Below, in pieces: positions 1 through 9,554 of a stretch of DNA of 64,000 nucleotides. Source of the DNA: an uncultured bacterium (lineage in GTDB: Bacteria > Krumholzibacteriota > Krumholzibacteriia > LZORAL124-64-63); contig CAVSZB010000007.1 of the NCBI GenBank assembly GCA_963732385.1, forward strand, positions 224,001 through 288,000, written 5' to 3'. Position numbers and translations under genes: made by a program. Below the pieces are notes generated by a model. The model made no database searches, was not told the DNA's origin, and saw nothing but the letters and a program-made list of their open reading frames with translations. Each line of letters starts with the position of its first letter. The stretch's first letter is position 1.

Positions 1-2
1 GT

Positions 3-1964
3 CTGAAGTACGTCTGCCTGCTGGGCGATGCCTCGCGCGACTACCGGAACTACCTGCAGCACGATCCGGCCTCGCAGCTCTACGACTTCCTGCCGACCAT
101 CGTGCGGACGGTCTTTCCCGACCGCGCGATCACCGGCGACTATCACGATCCGTTCGCTACCGATGACGCCCTGGTCAGTTTCGACGCTCCGGCGCCGGGG
201 CAGGTGCTGGACGTCCCCGACGTGGCAACGGGGCGGTTGACGGTGCGCACTGCCGCGGCGGCGCTGGCCGCCGTGCGGCTCATCCGTGACGCGCAGCTCG
301 ATCCGGCGCCGGGCAACTGGCGCAACCGGGTGGTGTTCGCGGCGGACGACCTGAGCCACGGCGGTTCCAGCTACGAGACCGCGCATACCGTGCAGACCGA
401 GGAACTGGTGAACGGCCTGGTGCCGTTGTCGTTGGACGTCGTCAAGCTCTACATGGTGGAGTATCCGAATCCGCCGGGCAGCGTGGCCAAGCCGGCTGCG
501 CGTCAGGAGGCGAGGCGGCTCCTGAACGAGGGGCTGACGATCTTCAACTACATCGGACACGGTTCAGAGAACGTGCTGGCGGATGAGCAGCTGTTCCTGA
601 CCGAGGACATCGCCTCGCTGGCCAACGGCGCCCGCCGCGGCCTCTTCATCGCTTTCAGTTGTGACGTGGGGATCTACGACAGCCCCGTGACCCAGAGCAT
701 GGCCGAGACTTTCGTGAGTCCGGGAGCGGGCGGCGCGATTGCCGCCATCGCCGCGGCGCAGGTGACCTTCGTCTCCTACAATAACGAACTCTCCGCGGAC
801 TTATTCCGGTATCTCTATCCTGGGCGGCGGGTGGATTCGGGGTATTCGCCCGGCAGGGCCCTGCTGCTGGCCAAGCGCGCCAGCCAGTACCTCGACAACA
901 GCCAGAAATACCTGCTGTTTGGCGATCCGGCCCTGCGCCTGCCGCAACCGTCCGCCGGACTCGCCTTTTTGCCAGGCAGCGTTGATACGCTGCGGGCCGG
1001 CCTGCCCGCCGCGACCCTGGCCGATCTCGCCGGCGCCGGCGTCGATGCGGGCGCGGGGTACGACCTGCGGGTCGAGGAATCGCGCCGTGACCGCGTCATC
1101 ACCACGGTCTTCCCGTATCTGCGCTACTCCCTGCCGGGCGCCGCCGCCTTCCGCGGCGGGGGGATCGCGGCGGCGGATCCGTTGCGGGTGGCGTTCCGCA
1201 CACCGTCGCAGTTGCATTACGGGGCGCACGGGCGGGTGCGGCTGATCGTCGAGGGGCCGGACGGCCCGCTGGCGGTGGCGTCGGAGCTGCCGGTGGTGGC
1301 GGCGGCGAGCGGGCAGACGGACGACCTGGTCGGGCCGGCCATCGCGCTGGCGTTCCCGGACGGACGCTACCGGGTGCCGCCCGGGACGGCGCTCGGCGGG
1401 GCACTGTTCGATACCAGCGGTGTGAACGTGCTCGGCACCACGCCCAACAGCAGCATCCTGTTCGAACTCGACGGCAGCGACGTCCTCACGGACGTGACCG
1501 ATGCCTTCACGTTCGCTCCCGGCAGCTACACCGAGGGGCGGGTCGAGCTGGCGCTGCCGCTCGATCTGACGCCGGGCGCGCACCGGCTGGCGCTGTTCGC
1601 CAGCGATGTGCTCGGCAACGTCGGCAGCGACACCCTCGCTTTCCAGGTCGTGCCGGTCGGCAAGGTCGGTCTGGCCGGCGTGACGCTTTTTCCGAACCCG
1701 ACGCCTGGCGACTGCCGGCTCGTTTTCGAATTGAGCGAACCGATGACCGTGGCGTGGGACATCTACACCGTGGGCGGACGGCGCCTCTGGCACCAGCTCG
1801 AGGAGTTCACCACGGCCGGTCCCAAGATTCTGCGCTGGGACGGTCGGGACGGCGAAGGCGACGAAATCGCCAACGGCGTCTATCTTTACGTCCTGCGCGG
1901 CAGCCGGGTCGATGATCCCGGGCGCGAAGTGCGAGAGAAGGGCCAGATCGTGATCATGAAGTGA
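3..1964 (+). CDS. porU: PorU-like C25 (gingipain-family) peptidase / T9SS sortase with C-terminal FlgD-Ig-like CTD; 5' end lies outside the window
   Basis: Frame open from base 3 (LKYVCLLGDASRDY). C25 motifs GRL, NYIGHG (catalytic His), FSCDVG (catalytic Cys) and LLFGDPAL. CTD FPNP...WDGRD...NGVYLY. Directly upstream of porV. Confidence 0.85.
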   Translation: MKYVCLLGDASRDYRNYLQHDPASQLYDFLPTIVRTVFPDRAITGDYHDPFATDDALVSFDAPAPGQVLDVPDVATGRLTVRTAAAALAAVRLIRDAQLDPAPGNWRNRVVFAADDLSHGGSSYETAHTVQTEELVNGLVPLSLDVVKLYMVEYPNPPGSVAKPAARQEARRLLNEGLTIFNYIGHGSENVLADEQLFLTEDIASLANGARRGLFIAFSCDVGIYDSPVTQSMAETFVSPGAGGAIAAIAAAQVTFVSYNNELSADLFRYLYPGRRVDSGYSPGRALLLAKRASQYLDNSQKYLLFGDPALRLPQPSAGLAFLPGSVDTLRAGLPAATLADLAGAGVDAGAGYDLRVEESRRDRVITTVFPYLRYSLPGAAAFRGGGIAAADPLRVAFRTPSQLHYGAHGRVRLIVEGPDGPLAVASELPVVAAASGQTDDLVGPAIALAFPDGRYRVPPGTALGGALFDTSGVNVLGTTPNSSILFELDGSDVLTDVTDAFTFAPGSYTEGRVELALPLDLTPGAHRLALFASDVLGNVGSDTLAFQVVPVGKVGLAGVTLFPNPTPGDCRLVFELSEPMTVAWDIYTVGGRRLWHQLEEFTTAGPKILRWDGRDGEGDEIANGVYLYVLRGSRVDDPGREVREKGQIVIMK

Positions 1965-2029
1965 CCGGTGCCCGGCGCGTGAGACTAGTCGGCGGCCGGA
2001 AGTAATCCCTGGATGGAGGTTCGAGGACG

Positions 2030-3058
2030 ATGAAGACGTGGAAGCTGATGGCGATGACGACTCTTGTGGGGCTGCTGAGCGCGGGCCCCTGCCTGGCCGT
2101 CTCCGGGGCCGGCGCGATTGCGCTCGAGTTCCCGATCGGCGCTCGCTACAACGCCCTGGGCGAGGCTGGCGTGGCCCTGGCCCAGGATGTCACTGCGGCC
2201 TGGTGGAATCCTGGCGGCCTGGCCTTTCTGCGGGATCGCGGCAAGTCGCATGATCTGCACATCATGCAGTCGAACCTCGCCGAAGGACTGGCGGACGACA
2301 TCGCCCTCTACTGGGCCGGCTACGCCAGTGGAGCCGGCAATAACAGCAACCTCGCCTTCAGCCTGACCTATCTCGACATGGGCGAGCAGGAGGCGACCGA
2401 CGAATCCGGCACGGTGACCGGAACCTTCGCGTCCTACATGTTCGCCTTCGGCGCGACCTACGGCGTCAAGCTGACCCCGAACCTCGGAGCCGGCATCGGC
2501 GCGAAGTACTTCCGCGACAAGCTGGCCGACGACAACGTGTTGAAGGACGGCCACGGCGGCTCCGGCTCGAGCTTCGCGCTCGACGCCGGCGTGCTCTGGA
2601 AAGTGCCGTCCTACCGGCTCAACGCCGCGCTGGCCGTGGCGAACCTCGGCCCCGGCGTCAAGCACGTGGATGCCGATCAGAGCGACCCGCTGCCGCGCAA
2701 GCTGACAGCCGGCCTGGCCTACAGCCTGTTCAGCAGCGAGGCCTCCGCGTTGCTGCTCGTGGCCGACGCGCAGGTGCCGCTTTTGAAGTGGAACGAGGAC
2801 AACGAGGACTACGGCGTCGGTTTCAACACGGACGAGAAGGTGTTCGGCTACGGCGCGGAGTGGTCCTACGTGCAGTCGCTGGCGGTGCGGATCGGCTACA
2901 AGGACGACTCCGCGGGCGACATCCAGGATCTGACCTGGGGTTTCGGTATCGATCTGGAGCGGTGGACGGGTGAGGGGATCACCTTCAGCTTCGCACAGGT
3001 GCCGCAGGCGAAGGATCTCGATCCGGTCAAGCGCTTCTCGCTGGGCTATCGTTTCTAG
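2030..3058 (+). CDS. porV: PorV/PorQ-family outer-membrane beta-barrel (T9SS shuttle)
   Basis: Signal peptide; GARYNALGEAGVALAQD..AAWWNPGGLAF signature; C-terminal RFSLGYRF; GGAGG RBS; porU-porV synteny. Confidence 0.85.
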   Translation: MKTWKLMAMTTLVGLLSAGPCLAVSGAGAIALEFPIGARYNALGEAGVALAQDVTAAWWNPGGLAFLRDRGKSHDLHIMQSNLAEGLADDIALYWAGYASGAGNNSNLAFSLTYLDMGEQEATDESGTVTGTFASYMFAFGATYGVKLTPNLGAGIGAKYFRDKLADDNVLKDGHGGSGSSFALDAGVLWKVPSYRLNAALAVANLGPGVKHVDADQSDPLPRKLTAGLAYSLFSSEASALLLVADAQVPLLKWNEDNEDYGVGFNTDEKVFGYGAEWSYVQSLAVRIGYKDDSAGDIQDLTWGFGIDLERWTGEGITFSFAQVPQAKDLDPVKRFSLGYRF

Positions 3059-3080
3059 GCGCGGTTTCCGCTGCCGGGGG

Positions 3081-3104
3081 CGGACGGGGCGCGGGCCCCG
3101 TCCG
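3081..3104 (+). other. Intergenic hairpin after porV, no U-tract
   Basis: CGGACGGGGC-GCGG-GCCCCGTCCG, perfect 10-bp stem. Confidence 0.5.
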
Positions 3105-3120
3105 GTCGCCGGAAGGAGTT

Positions 3121-6100
3121 GTGAGCTTGCGACGTCTGCCGTCGTTCCTGCCGCTGGCGATCGCCCTGATGAGCCTGTGCGTGGCGGACATCGCGCGCGC
3201 GGCAGTTCCGGGCGCCCCCCCGCATCCGGTGGAGCGGGTGCCGTTCGTCAAGCTCGGCGAACGGTCGCCTGAGGCGGAGGCGCGGCGGACGCGCGAACTG
3301 GCGCGTCAGGGGGCCGTCGCGCGGCGACAGCAGGAATTGCATGCGACGCTGGGCCCGCACCGGGTCTCGCGTCGCGCCCTGGCGCAACTGGCTGCGCAGG
3401 GGCTCGGTCCCGCCAGGCTCGCGTACGGAGACGACGCCGGCGCGGTGGCGGCCGCGAAAGCCGGCACCGACACGCTGCGCGTGCTGATCGTGAGGATCGG
3501 CTTCGCGGCCGACCGCAGCGGCGATCTCACCAGCGTCACGACCGACGGCAACTTCCAGCTCACGCCCGATCCGGCCGTGCACATCGATCCGCCGCCGCAT
3601 GATCGGGCCTTCTACGAGTCCCATCTCTACGGCCTGTCGCAATATTACACCTTCCAGTCGGGGGGCCGGCTGGTCATCCGCGGCCGGGTTCTGCCGGGCG
3701 TCGACAATGACTGCTACCGGCTCTCCGATCTGGCCGACTACGGACCGGGCGCCGGGGGCGGCTGGACCATCGAGCGGCTCGAGTGGCTGGTGCGGGACAT
3801 GATCGCCGCGGCCGACACCGGCCTCGTGGCCGATGGCCTCGATCTCTCCGACTTCGATGACAGTCACCCGTTCACCTACGTAATCTTCGTGCATGCCGGC
3901 GGCGACTTGCAAAGCGATGTCAACGGCGATTCGCCCAACGACGTGCCGACCTTCTTCATCAGTCTCGGCGAGCCGGCCGCGCTGCGGGGGGGCGGTACGC
4001 TCTCCGAGTGCTCGGTCATCCCCGAGAGCACCACGCAGGACGGCTACCTCGGCAGCATCGCGGCCGCGCTCTACCACGAATTCGGCCACGCGCTCGGCCT
4101 CGTGGACATTTACGACACCAGTTCCGGCCTGCCCAGCGCCGGCATCTGGACGCTGATGGACGCCGGTACGAATCTCGCCGCGAACGTCGGCTTTCCGACC
4201 CCGACGCCCGGGTATCCCGACAGCATCGAAGTGGCCACGGTGACCGGCCTGCTGCCGCCGTCGCTGGGGGCGTGGGACAAATGGTTCCTCGGCTGGCTGG
4301 AGACCGAGACACTCGCCGGAGGTCCTGACGCCATACGGCTGCCGGCGGTCCAGATTCCCCGGACCAGCGACGAGTACCTGCGCTACCGGAACGCCGGTTT
4401 CGACCTCCAACTGACCGATCCGCAGGCGCTCGTGGCCGGCGTTTCCCGGCGCGAGTTCTTCCTGCTCGAGAACCGCTGGGTGCCGATGTCGGGCGCGGAA
4501 CTGCCGGAGCAGGAGGGGATCGGCCTGCTGCGCGATCAGCAGACCGGCGTCATTCTCTATCTCGCCGGAGACGATCCCGACGGCGATGGACCCGAGCCGC
4601 CCCGTAACACCGGCATGTACGACTTCTTCATGCCTGACGGCGGCCTGCTCGTCTGGCACGTCAACCAGCAGCGGATTGAAGCGTCCCTCGCGGACAACAC
4701 GGTCAATGCCGACGGCGACGGACTGCGGCTCGTCGAGGCGGACGGCATCCAGGACATCGGCGTGATCGATCCGTACGTGCTCGGCTTCTGGGGCACCTCG
4801 AGAGACCCGTTCCATGCCGGCAAGCCCGGTTCCCCCGCCACCGGCGTGGCGCTGGGACAGGAGGGGGCGCCGTCGAGCCGTGCGTTCGATCGGGCGTGGA
4901 CCGGGGTCACGCTGGCCGACATCTCCGCCAACGAGGCGCTGATGACGTTGACGGCCGGGGTCGATCCGCTGGTATCGTCACCCTCGCCGGAACTTCCGCC
5001 TTACGACGCGGCCGAGGCCGAAGCCCTCGATGGCGAACCGGGTCCGCGCGCCCTCGACCACGCGTCGGTCACGCCGTGCCGCCTGGCGACCCATGAAGCG
5101 CTCGTCTATGCCGACGCGCCGCGGCCAGACTGGGGCGACAGCACCTTCAGCGCCTGGGGCGCCACGCTTTTCGCGCTGCGCCAGGACGGCAGCCAGCTTG
5201 CCTCTCCCCCGCCCGGTCTGCCGACCGGCGCGGTCTATCGCTTCGCGGCGCCACTGTCCGGACCGCCGATCGCGCTGTCGGGACTGCCTGATGTCGAAGG
5301 CGATCTGGTCATCGCCGCGGCGCGCGACGGGGTCGTGTTGGCGCTGCGAGGGGTGTCGGACGAGAACAATGTGCTGGTCGACTGGACGCGACGGGTCGGC
5401 GCGAGCCTGCCGTTCGCCCCCGCTGTCTGCGGTGATTCGCTGCTGCTCTGCTGCGTCGCCCCCGACACCGTGCGGCTGCTGCGTCCCGACGGCACGGTTG
5501 GCCAGGCCGTGCGGCTGACGAGGCCGTCGGGGACGTTCGTGGCGCCGCCGCTGCCGCTTGCGCTGCCCGCGCTGGGCGGCGCCTGCGTGGTGTTCAGAGC
5601 CGGCGGCTGGCAGATCATCGACCTGGCGTCCGATCAGGGGTTGCCGTCGCCGGCCTCGGTTTCCGTGCCATACGATTTCCCGCCGGGTGACCAGGCCCCG
5701 CGGGCGGTCGTCATGCCGCGTGACGACGGTGCCACGCTGGTGATCTGCGGGCCGGGCGGCGAGTTGCGCGCCTGGCGGCTCGGACCGTCCGGCGGCGAAG
5801 TGACGCGCCTGCCGTGGCCCGAGACGTTGGACGGGGTGCCGGCCGGTGATCCGGCCGTGGCCGATCTTGACGGCGACGGGCGGCACGATTTCGTAGTCGC
5901 CACGCCCCGCCGCGTGCACGCTTTGTCGGCCGCAGGCGTGGCGCTGCGCGGCTTCCCCGTCCCGCTGCGCGAACTGTTCCCGCTGGCCGACAGCACCCGC
6001 TTCGCCGGACCCGTTGCCGTGCTGGACGTGAGCGGCGACGGCCGCGACGAAATCTGCCTCGTCACCGACGGCGGACACCTGATCCTGCTCGACGCCGAGG

Positions 6101-6672
6101 GGCGTCTGGTCACCCGCACGCCGTTCCAGTGGGGCGGCAGCGGGGCGTCAGGTCTGGCGGCCGGCCGGTCCGGCGAAGGCGCCGGGCGGGTGCTTTGGCT
6201 GGCCGAAGCGGGCGGGCGGACCGCGCCGCCGCTGGCGCGGCGCTGGCTGAGCGGACGGCTGGTCGGTTATCGCGTGGCCGATTCGGCGCTCGCCGTCCTG
6301 CACACCTCCGAGTGGCTCGGACCCGGCGGCGGCCCGGCGCGCGGCGGACCGCTGGGCGAGCCGCGCGATCTGGGGGCGTTGTCGCCCCTGCGGGTCGAGG
6401 TGGACCGGGTCGTCGTCTATCCGAATCCGGCGCGGACCTCACGCGTGACGGTGCGGTTCTACAGTGCCGACACGGTGCCGGCGCGCCTGGCGCTGCACAA
6501 TGTCTCGGGCGAGGTAGTGGCGGAGGCGATTGCCCCGGCCATCGCCGGCGTGGTGAACGAGTATGGCTGGGACCTGCCGCGGCTCGCCGGCGGAGTCTAC
6601 CTGATGCGCGTCGAGGCGAGCGGGTCGACGGGACGGAAGCGCTGGCTGACGCGGCTGGCCGTGGAGCGATGA
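3121..6672 (+). CDS. Secreted M6 (immune inhibitor A-like) zinc metalloprotease with FG-GAP-like repeats and T9SS type A sorting domain
   Basis: Signal peptide; IFVHAG, HEFGHALGLVDIY, WTLMDAG, EFFLLENR and GGLLVWHV motifs; DLDGDGRHD and DVSGDGRDE repeats; CTD VYPNP...GVYLMRV. Confidence 0.85.
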   Translation: MSLRRLPSFLPLAIALMSLCVADIARAAVPGAPPHPVERVPFVKLGERSPEAEARRTRELARQGAVARRQQELHATLGPHRVSRRALAQLAAQGLGPARLAYGDDAGAVAAAKAGTDTLRVLIVRIGFAADRSGDLTSVTTDGNFQLTPDPAVHIDPPPHDRAFYESHLYGLSQYYTFQSGGRLVIRGRVLPGVDNDCYRLSDLADYGPGAGGGWTIERLEWLVRDMIAAADTGLVADGLDLSDFDDSHPFTYVIFVHAGGDLQSDVNGDSPNDVPTFFISLGEPAALRGGGTLSECSVIPESTTQDGYLGSIAAALYHEFGHALGLVDIYDTSSGLPSAGIWTLMDAGTNLAANVGFPTPTPGYPDSIEVATVTGLLPPSLGAWDKWFLGWLETETLAGGPDAIRLPAVQIPRTSDEYLRYRNAGFDLQLTDPQALVAGVSRREFFLLENRWVPMSGAELPEQEGIGLLRDQQTGVILYLAGDDPDGDGPEPPRNTGMYDFFMPDGGLLVWHVNQQRIEASLADNTVNADGDGLRLVEADGIQDIGVIDPYVLGFWGTSRDPFHAGKPGSPATGVALGQEGAPSSRAFDRAWTGVTLADISANEALMTLTAGVDPLVSSPSPELPPYDAAEAEALDGEPGPRALDHASVTPCRLATHEALVYADAPRPDWGDSTFSAWGATLFALRQDGSQLASPPPGLPTGAVYRFAAPLSGPPIALSGLPDVEGDLVIAAARDGVVLALRGVSDENNVLVDWTRRVGASLPFAPAVCGDSLLLCCVAPDTVRLLRPDGTVGQAVRLTRPSGTFVAPPLPLALPALGGACVVFRAGGWQIIDLASDQGLPSPASVSVPYDFPPGDQAPRAVVMPRDDGATLVICGPGGELRAWRLGPSGGEVTRLPWPETLDGVPAGDPAVADLDGDGRHDFVVATPRRVHALSAAGVALRGFPVPLRELFPLADSTRFAGPVAVLDVSGDGRDEICLVTDGGHLILLDAEGRLVTRTPFQWGGSGASGLAAGRSGEGAGRVLWLAEAGGRTAPPLARRWLSGRLVGYRVADSALAVLHTSEWLGPGGGPARGGPLGEPRDLGALSPLRVEVDRVVVYPNPARTSRVTVRFYSADTVPARLALHNVSGEVVAEAIAPAIAGVVNEYGWDLPRLAGGVYLMRVEASGSTGRKRWLTRLAVER

Positions 6673-6716
6673 GACCGGCGCGCCGGCCCGCGGCGCGCCC
6701 ACCGGGAGGACGGATA

Positions 6717-7652
6717 ATGTTGAACTGGCGCTCGGTGGCCCGGCTGGCCGCCATCTCGCTCATGCTGCTGGTCTGCGGGGCGGATCGCGTCGTGGCGGAC
6801 GCGACGTCCTCGCCGGCAACGACGGCGTCGCTCGCGCGCGCTGACTGGCTGCTCGATCGCCTGGCGACAGCACCGGGCGTTCCGGGCCTCGGCCGGCTGG
6901 CGGCGTTCGACCAGCAGGGCGAAACAGGTGGTGTCGGAGGTGGCGCCGCCGTGGCGGATGCCGGCGATGGCGGCCACCGCGGCGCGGCGCTGCCGATGGC
7001 GATGTCGTTCGTCCTGCCTGGCCTCGGCGAAGTCTGGCTCGGGCACAAGCGCGGTTACGCGCTGATGGCGATCGATGTGGCGAGCTGGATCGGCGTGGCG
7101 CACTACGCCAGCGAGGGCAACAAAAAGCGGGACGAGTACTACGCCTACGCCGATGCGCACTGGAGCGAGCCGAGACTCGAGGCGGCCTACGGCGACGTCA
7201 GTCTTTCAGGCACCTTCTATTTTGGTTGGACCGATTACCTCACGCTGCCTCTCTGGGTGTCCGCGGTGGACGACCGGCGTGAGTACTACGAAAATCTCGG
7301 CAAGTGGGACCAGTTCGTCTTCGGCTGGGACGACTTCCTCGATCCCCGCGAGTTCCTGGTCCAATCCGAATATACGAGCCAGGATCTGCAGGACCCGCGC
7401 GTCTCGACGAATCGCGAGACGTACCGCGCCATGCGCGAGGATTCGAACCGCCAGTTTACAAATCGGGACCGGCTCCTGTATCTTAATATGGCCACACGGT
7501 TGTTCAGCCTCTTCGAGGTCGCCTATCTCCAGGGTCTGTTGGGGGGCGGTCCTGCGAGGGATCAGCTCGCCATCGCCGGTCATCCGGTGACCCTGATCGC
7601 CGAGCCGGTCGGCTGGAGCAGCAGTCGTCTCGGTGTTTCGGTGGCCTATTGA
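6717..7652 (+). CDS. DUF5683-like membrane/envelope protein (paralog 1)
   Basis: ATG 6717 after GGGAGGA (alternative ATG 6669); signal peptide; SFVLPGLGEVWLG motif; YYENLGKWDQFVFGWDD. Confidence 0.6.
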   Translation: MLNWRSVARLAAISLMLLVCGADRVVADATSSPATTASLARADWLLDRLATAPGVPGLGRLAAFDQQGETGGVGGGAAVADAGDGGHRGAALPMAMSFVLPGLGEVWLGHKRGYALMAIDVASWIGVAHYASEGNKKRDEYYAYADAHWSEPRLEAAYGDVSLSGTFYFGWTDYLTLPLWVSAVDDRREYYENLGKWDQFVFGWDDFLDPREFLVQSEYTSQDLQDPRVSTNRETYRAMREDSNRQFTNRDRLLYLNMATRLFSLFEVAYLQGLLGGGPARDQLAIAGHPVTLIAEPVGWSSSRLGVSVAY

Positions 7653-7720
7653 TCTGCCCGGGAAGCGAGGGACGGGGCGTGGCGAAGCAGCGAAGCGACA
7701 TCGGCGGGAGATCATCGACC

Positions 7721-8533
7721 ATGGTTCTGTCGGTGATGCTGGCGCTGGTCTGCGCGGCGACCGCCGGCCCCTGTCTCGGGGCGTCGCTGGCGGAGCGCTC
7801 CGGCGGGACCGACGACACCGCCTGGCTGCGCGCCGAGCTGGCGGTGTTCGGCAGCGGCGCCAGCTCTGCGTGGCCAGCCGCCTCCCTGGTGGGGCAGGAT
7901 GTGGGCGGCGTGCGGACGTCCGGTCCTGGCCCGGATCGCGGCGATCTGGGGCGCAAGGTGACGGCCGGCCTGCTTTCGCTGGTGCTTCCGGGAGCCGGAC
8001 AGTTCTACAACGGGGACCGGCAGAAGGCCTATGTCTTTGCCGGCGTGGAGGCGGCGGTCTGGGGGTCGTATCTGACCTTCGACAATCAGGGAGACGGTCG
8101 CAGCGAAACGTATCGCGACTACGCCGGGATCTACGCCGGCACCCTCGTGGGCGATGCGCAGGATTCCTACTGGCGTTCCGTGGGGCGCTATCTCGACTCC
8201 GACGCCTACAACGAAGCGGTGCTGCGCGAAGCGCGGGCTTTCGAGACGGAGCCGAGCGGTCTGGTCGGGCCCGACCAGGCGTGGCAGTGGCGCAACGAGG
8301 ACCATTTCCGCGTCTATCAGGAGTTGCGGGCAGATGCGAGCCGCGCCTACAACCGGCGCGATTTCATGACCCTCTTCGCCGTCCTCAACCGCGTGGTGGC
8401 GGTGTATGACGCCGTGCGGCACAGCGTCGATGACAAGCTTAACGGCGAGGTGCTCGGCTTCAATATCGAGTTATCGGTCGATCCTTCCTTGCGCCGGCCG
8501 GCTACGGGATGCGTCGTTTCGCGCCGGTTCTGA
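7721..8533 (+). CDS. DUF5683-like membrane/envelope protein (paralog 2)
   Basis: ATG 7721 after GGGAG; signal peptide; SLVLPGAGQFYNG motif; colinear similarity to the upstream gene. Confidence 0.6.
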   Translation: MVLSVMLALVCAATAGPCLGASLAERSGGTDDTAWLRAELAVFGSGASSAWPAASLVGQDVGGVRTSGPGPDRGDLGRKVTAGLLSLVLPGAGQFYNGDRQKAYVFAGVEAAVWGSYLTFDNQGDGRSETYRDYAGIYAGTLVGDAQDSYWRSVGRYLDSDAYNEAVLREARAFETEPSGLVGPDQAWQWRNEDHFRVYQELRADASRAYNRRDFMTLFAVLNRVVAVYDAVRHSVDDKLNGEVLGFNIELSVDPSLRRPATGCVVSRRF

Positions 8534-9528
8534 CCGCGTTTGCGGTCGCCTGCTCTGCCGCCGCCCTCCTGCCCGGCTGCGTGCCGGCGGCGGGGGAGCG
8601 GTTCCCACGGGTGGTGGCGGAAGACGCGGCCCCGGCCCTCCGGCCCACGCTCGACTCCGGCCGGCCCGTGCCGCGGCGGCTCGATTTCCTCTACCTGTAC
8701 GAGAACGATCGCACGGCGCCCTACTATCCGCTCGAAGGGGTGGGAGCGGTCGCGTACGCGTCCGACGGCACGCTCTTCCTTTGCGACGAGAAGGGGGGAC
8801 GCGTGCACGGCTGTGTGGGGGGCACCGGCGAGTGGTTCCAGTTCGATGGCGGTCCCGAACAGCCGTTCCGTCCGGTCGACGTGCAGGTGGACGGCTTCTC
8901 CGTGCTGGTGCTGGACTACGGTTCGCGCCTGCTGCTGCGTTATGAGACGGGGGGCGCGCTGCAGGATCGGCTGCTCAGCTTCCGCAATCTTGACGCGACG
9001 CTCGATCGTCTGCCGGTCGCTTTCGACGTGGATCGCGATGGTCGGATCGTCTGCGCCGACGCCGGCGCGGAGCAGATCGTGCTGCTCGATTCATTCCTGA
9101 ACCTTTCCCAGGTGCTGGGCGAACCGGGGACACACCGCGAGCAGTTCCGCGCTCCCAGTGGTGTGGCTTTCCGGGACGACGGTGGTTTTGTCGTGGCCGA
9201 TCGCGGCAACCGCCGCCTGCAGTGGTACAACCGGCTCGGCTATTTCGAGGACGTGGTGGGGGGAGAATTCGATCCCCGCAATCCGCTGCTCACTCCGCAG
9301 GGGCTCGACACCGACGCGTACGGCAACCTGTTCGTGGCCGATCCGGCCGCCGGCGCCGTGCATGTGTTCGGTTCCGATCTGGTTCTGCTCTTTTCCGCCG
9401 GCTCCGAACTCGGGCTGCTGGCTGCGCCCCAGCAGCCGCTGGACGTGGCCGTGGGGCCGGAGGATCTGCTGGCGGTGTCCGACCGTGGCCGGCAGGCGGT
9501 GCTCGTCTACCGCATCGTCTACGACTGA
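8509..9528 (+). CDS. NHL-repeat beta-propeller protein, probable lipoprotein
   Basis: Lipobox-like LPGC; NHL repeats PSGVAF..VVADRGNRRLQ, PQGLDTD..LFVAD and PLDVAV..VSDRG. Confidence 0.75.
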   Translation: MRRFAPVLTAFAVACSAAALLPGCVPAAGERFPRVVAEDAAPALRPTLDSGRPVPRRLDFLYLYENDRTAPYYPLEGVGAVAYASDGTLFLCDEKGGRVHGCVGGTGEWFQFDGGPEQPFRPVDVQVDGFSVLVLDYGSRLLLRYETGGALQDRLLSFRNLDATLDRLPVAFDVDRDGRIVCADAGAEQIVLLDSFLNLSQVLGEPGTHREQFRAPSGVAFRDDGGFVVADRGNRRLQWYNRLGYFEDVVGGEFDPRNPLLTPQGLDTDAYGNLFVADPAAGAVHVFGSDLVLLFSAGSELGLLAAPQQPLDVAVGPEDLLAVSDRGRQAVLVYRIVYD

Positions 9529-9554
9529 CGCTCCGGGGGTGGTCGACCGTGCGG

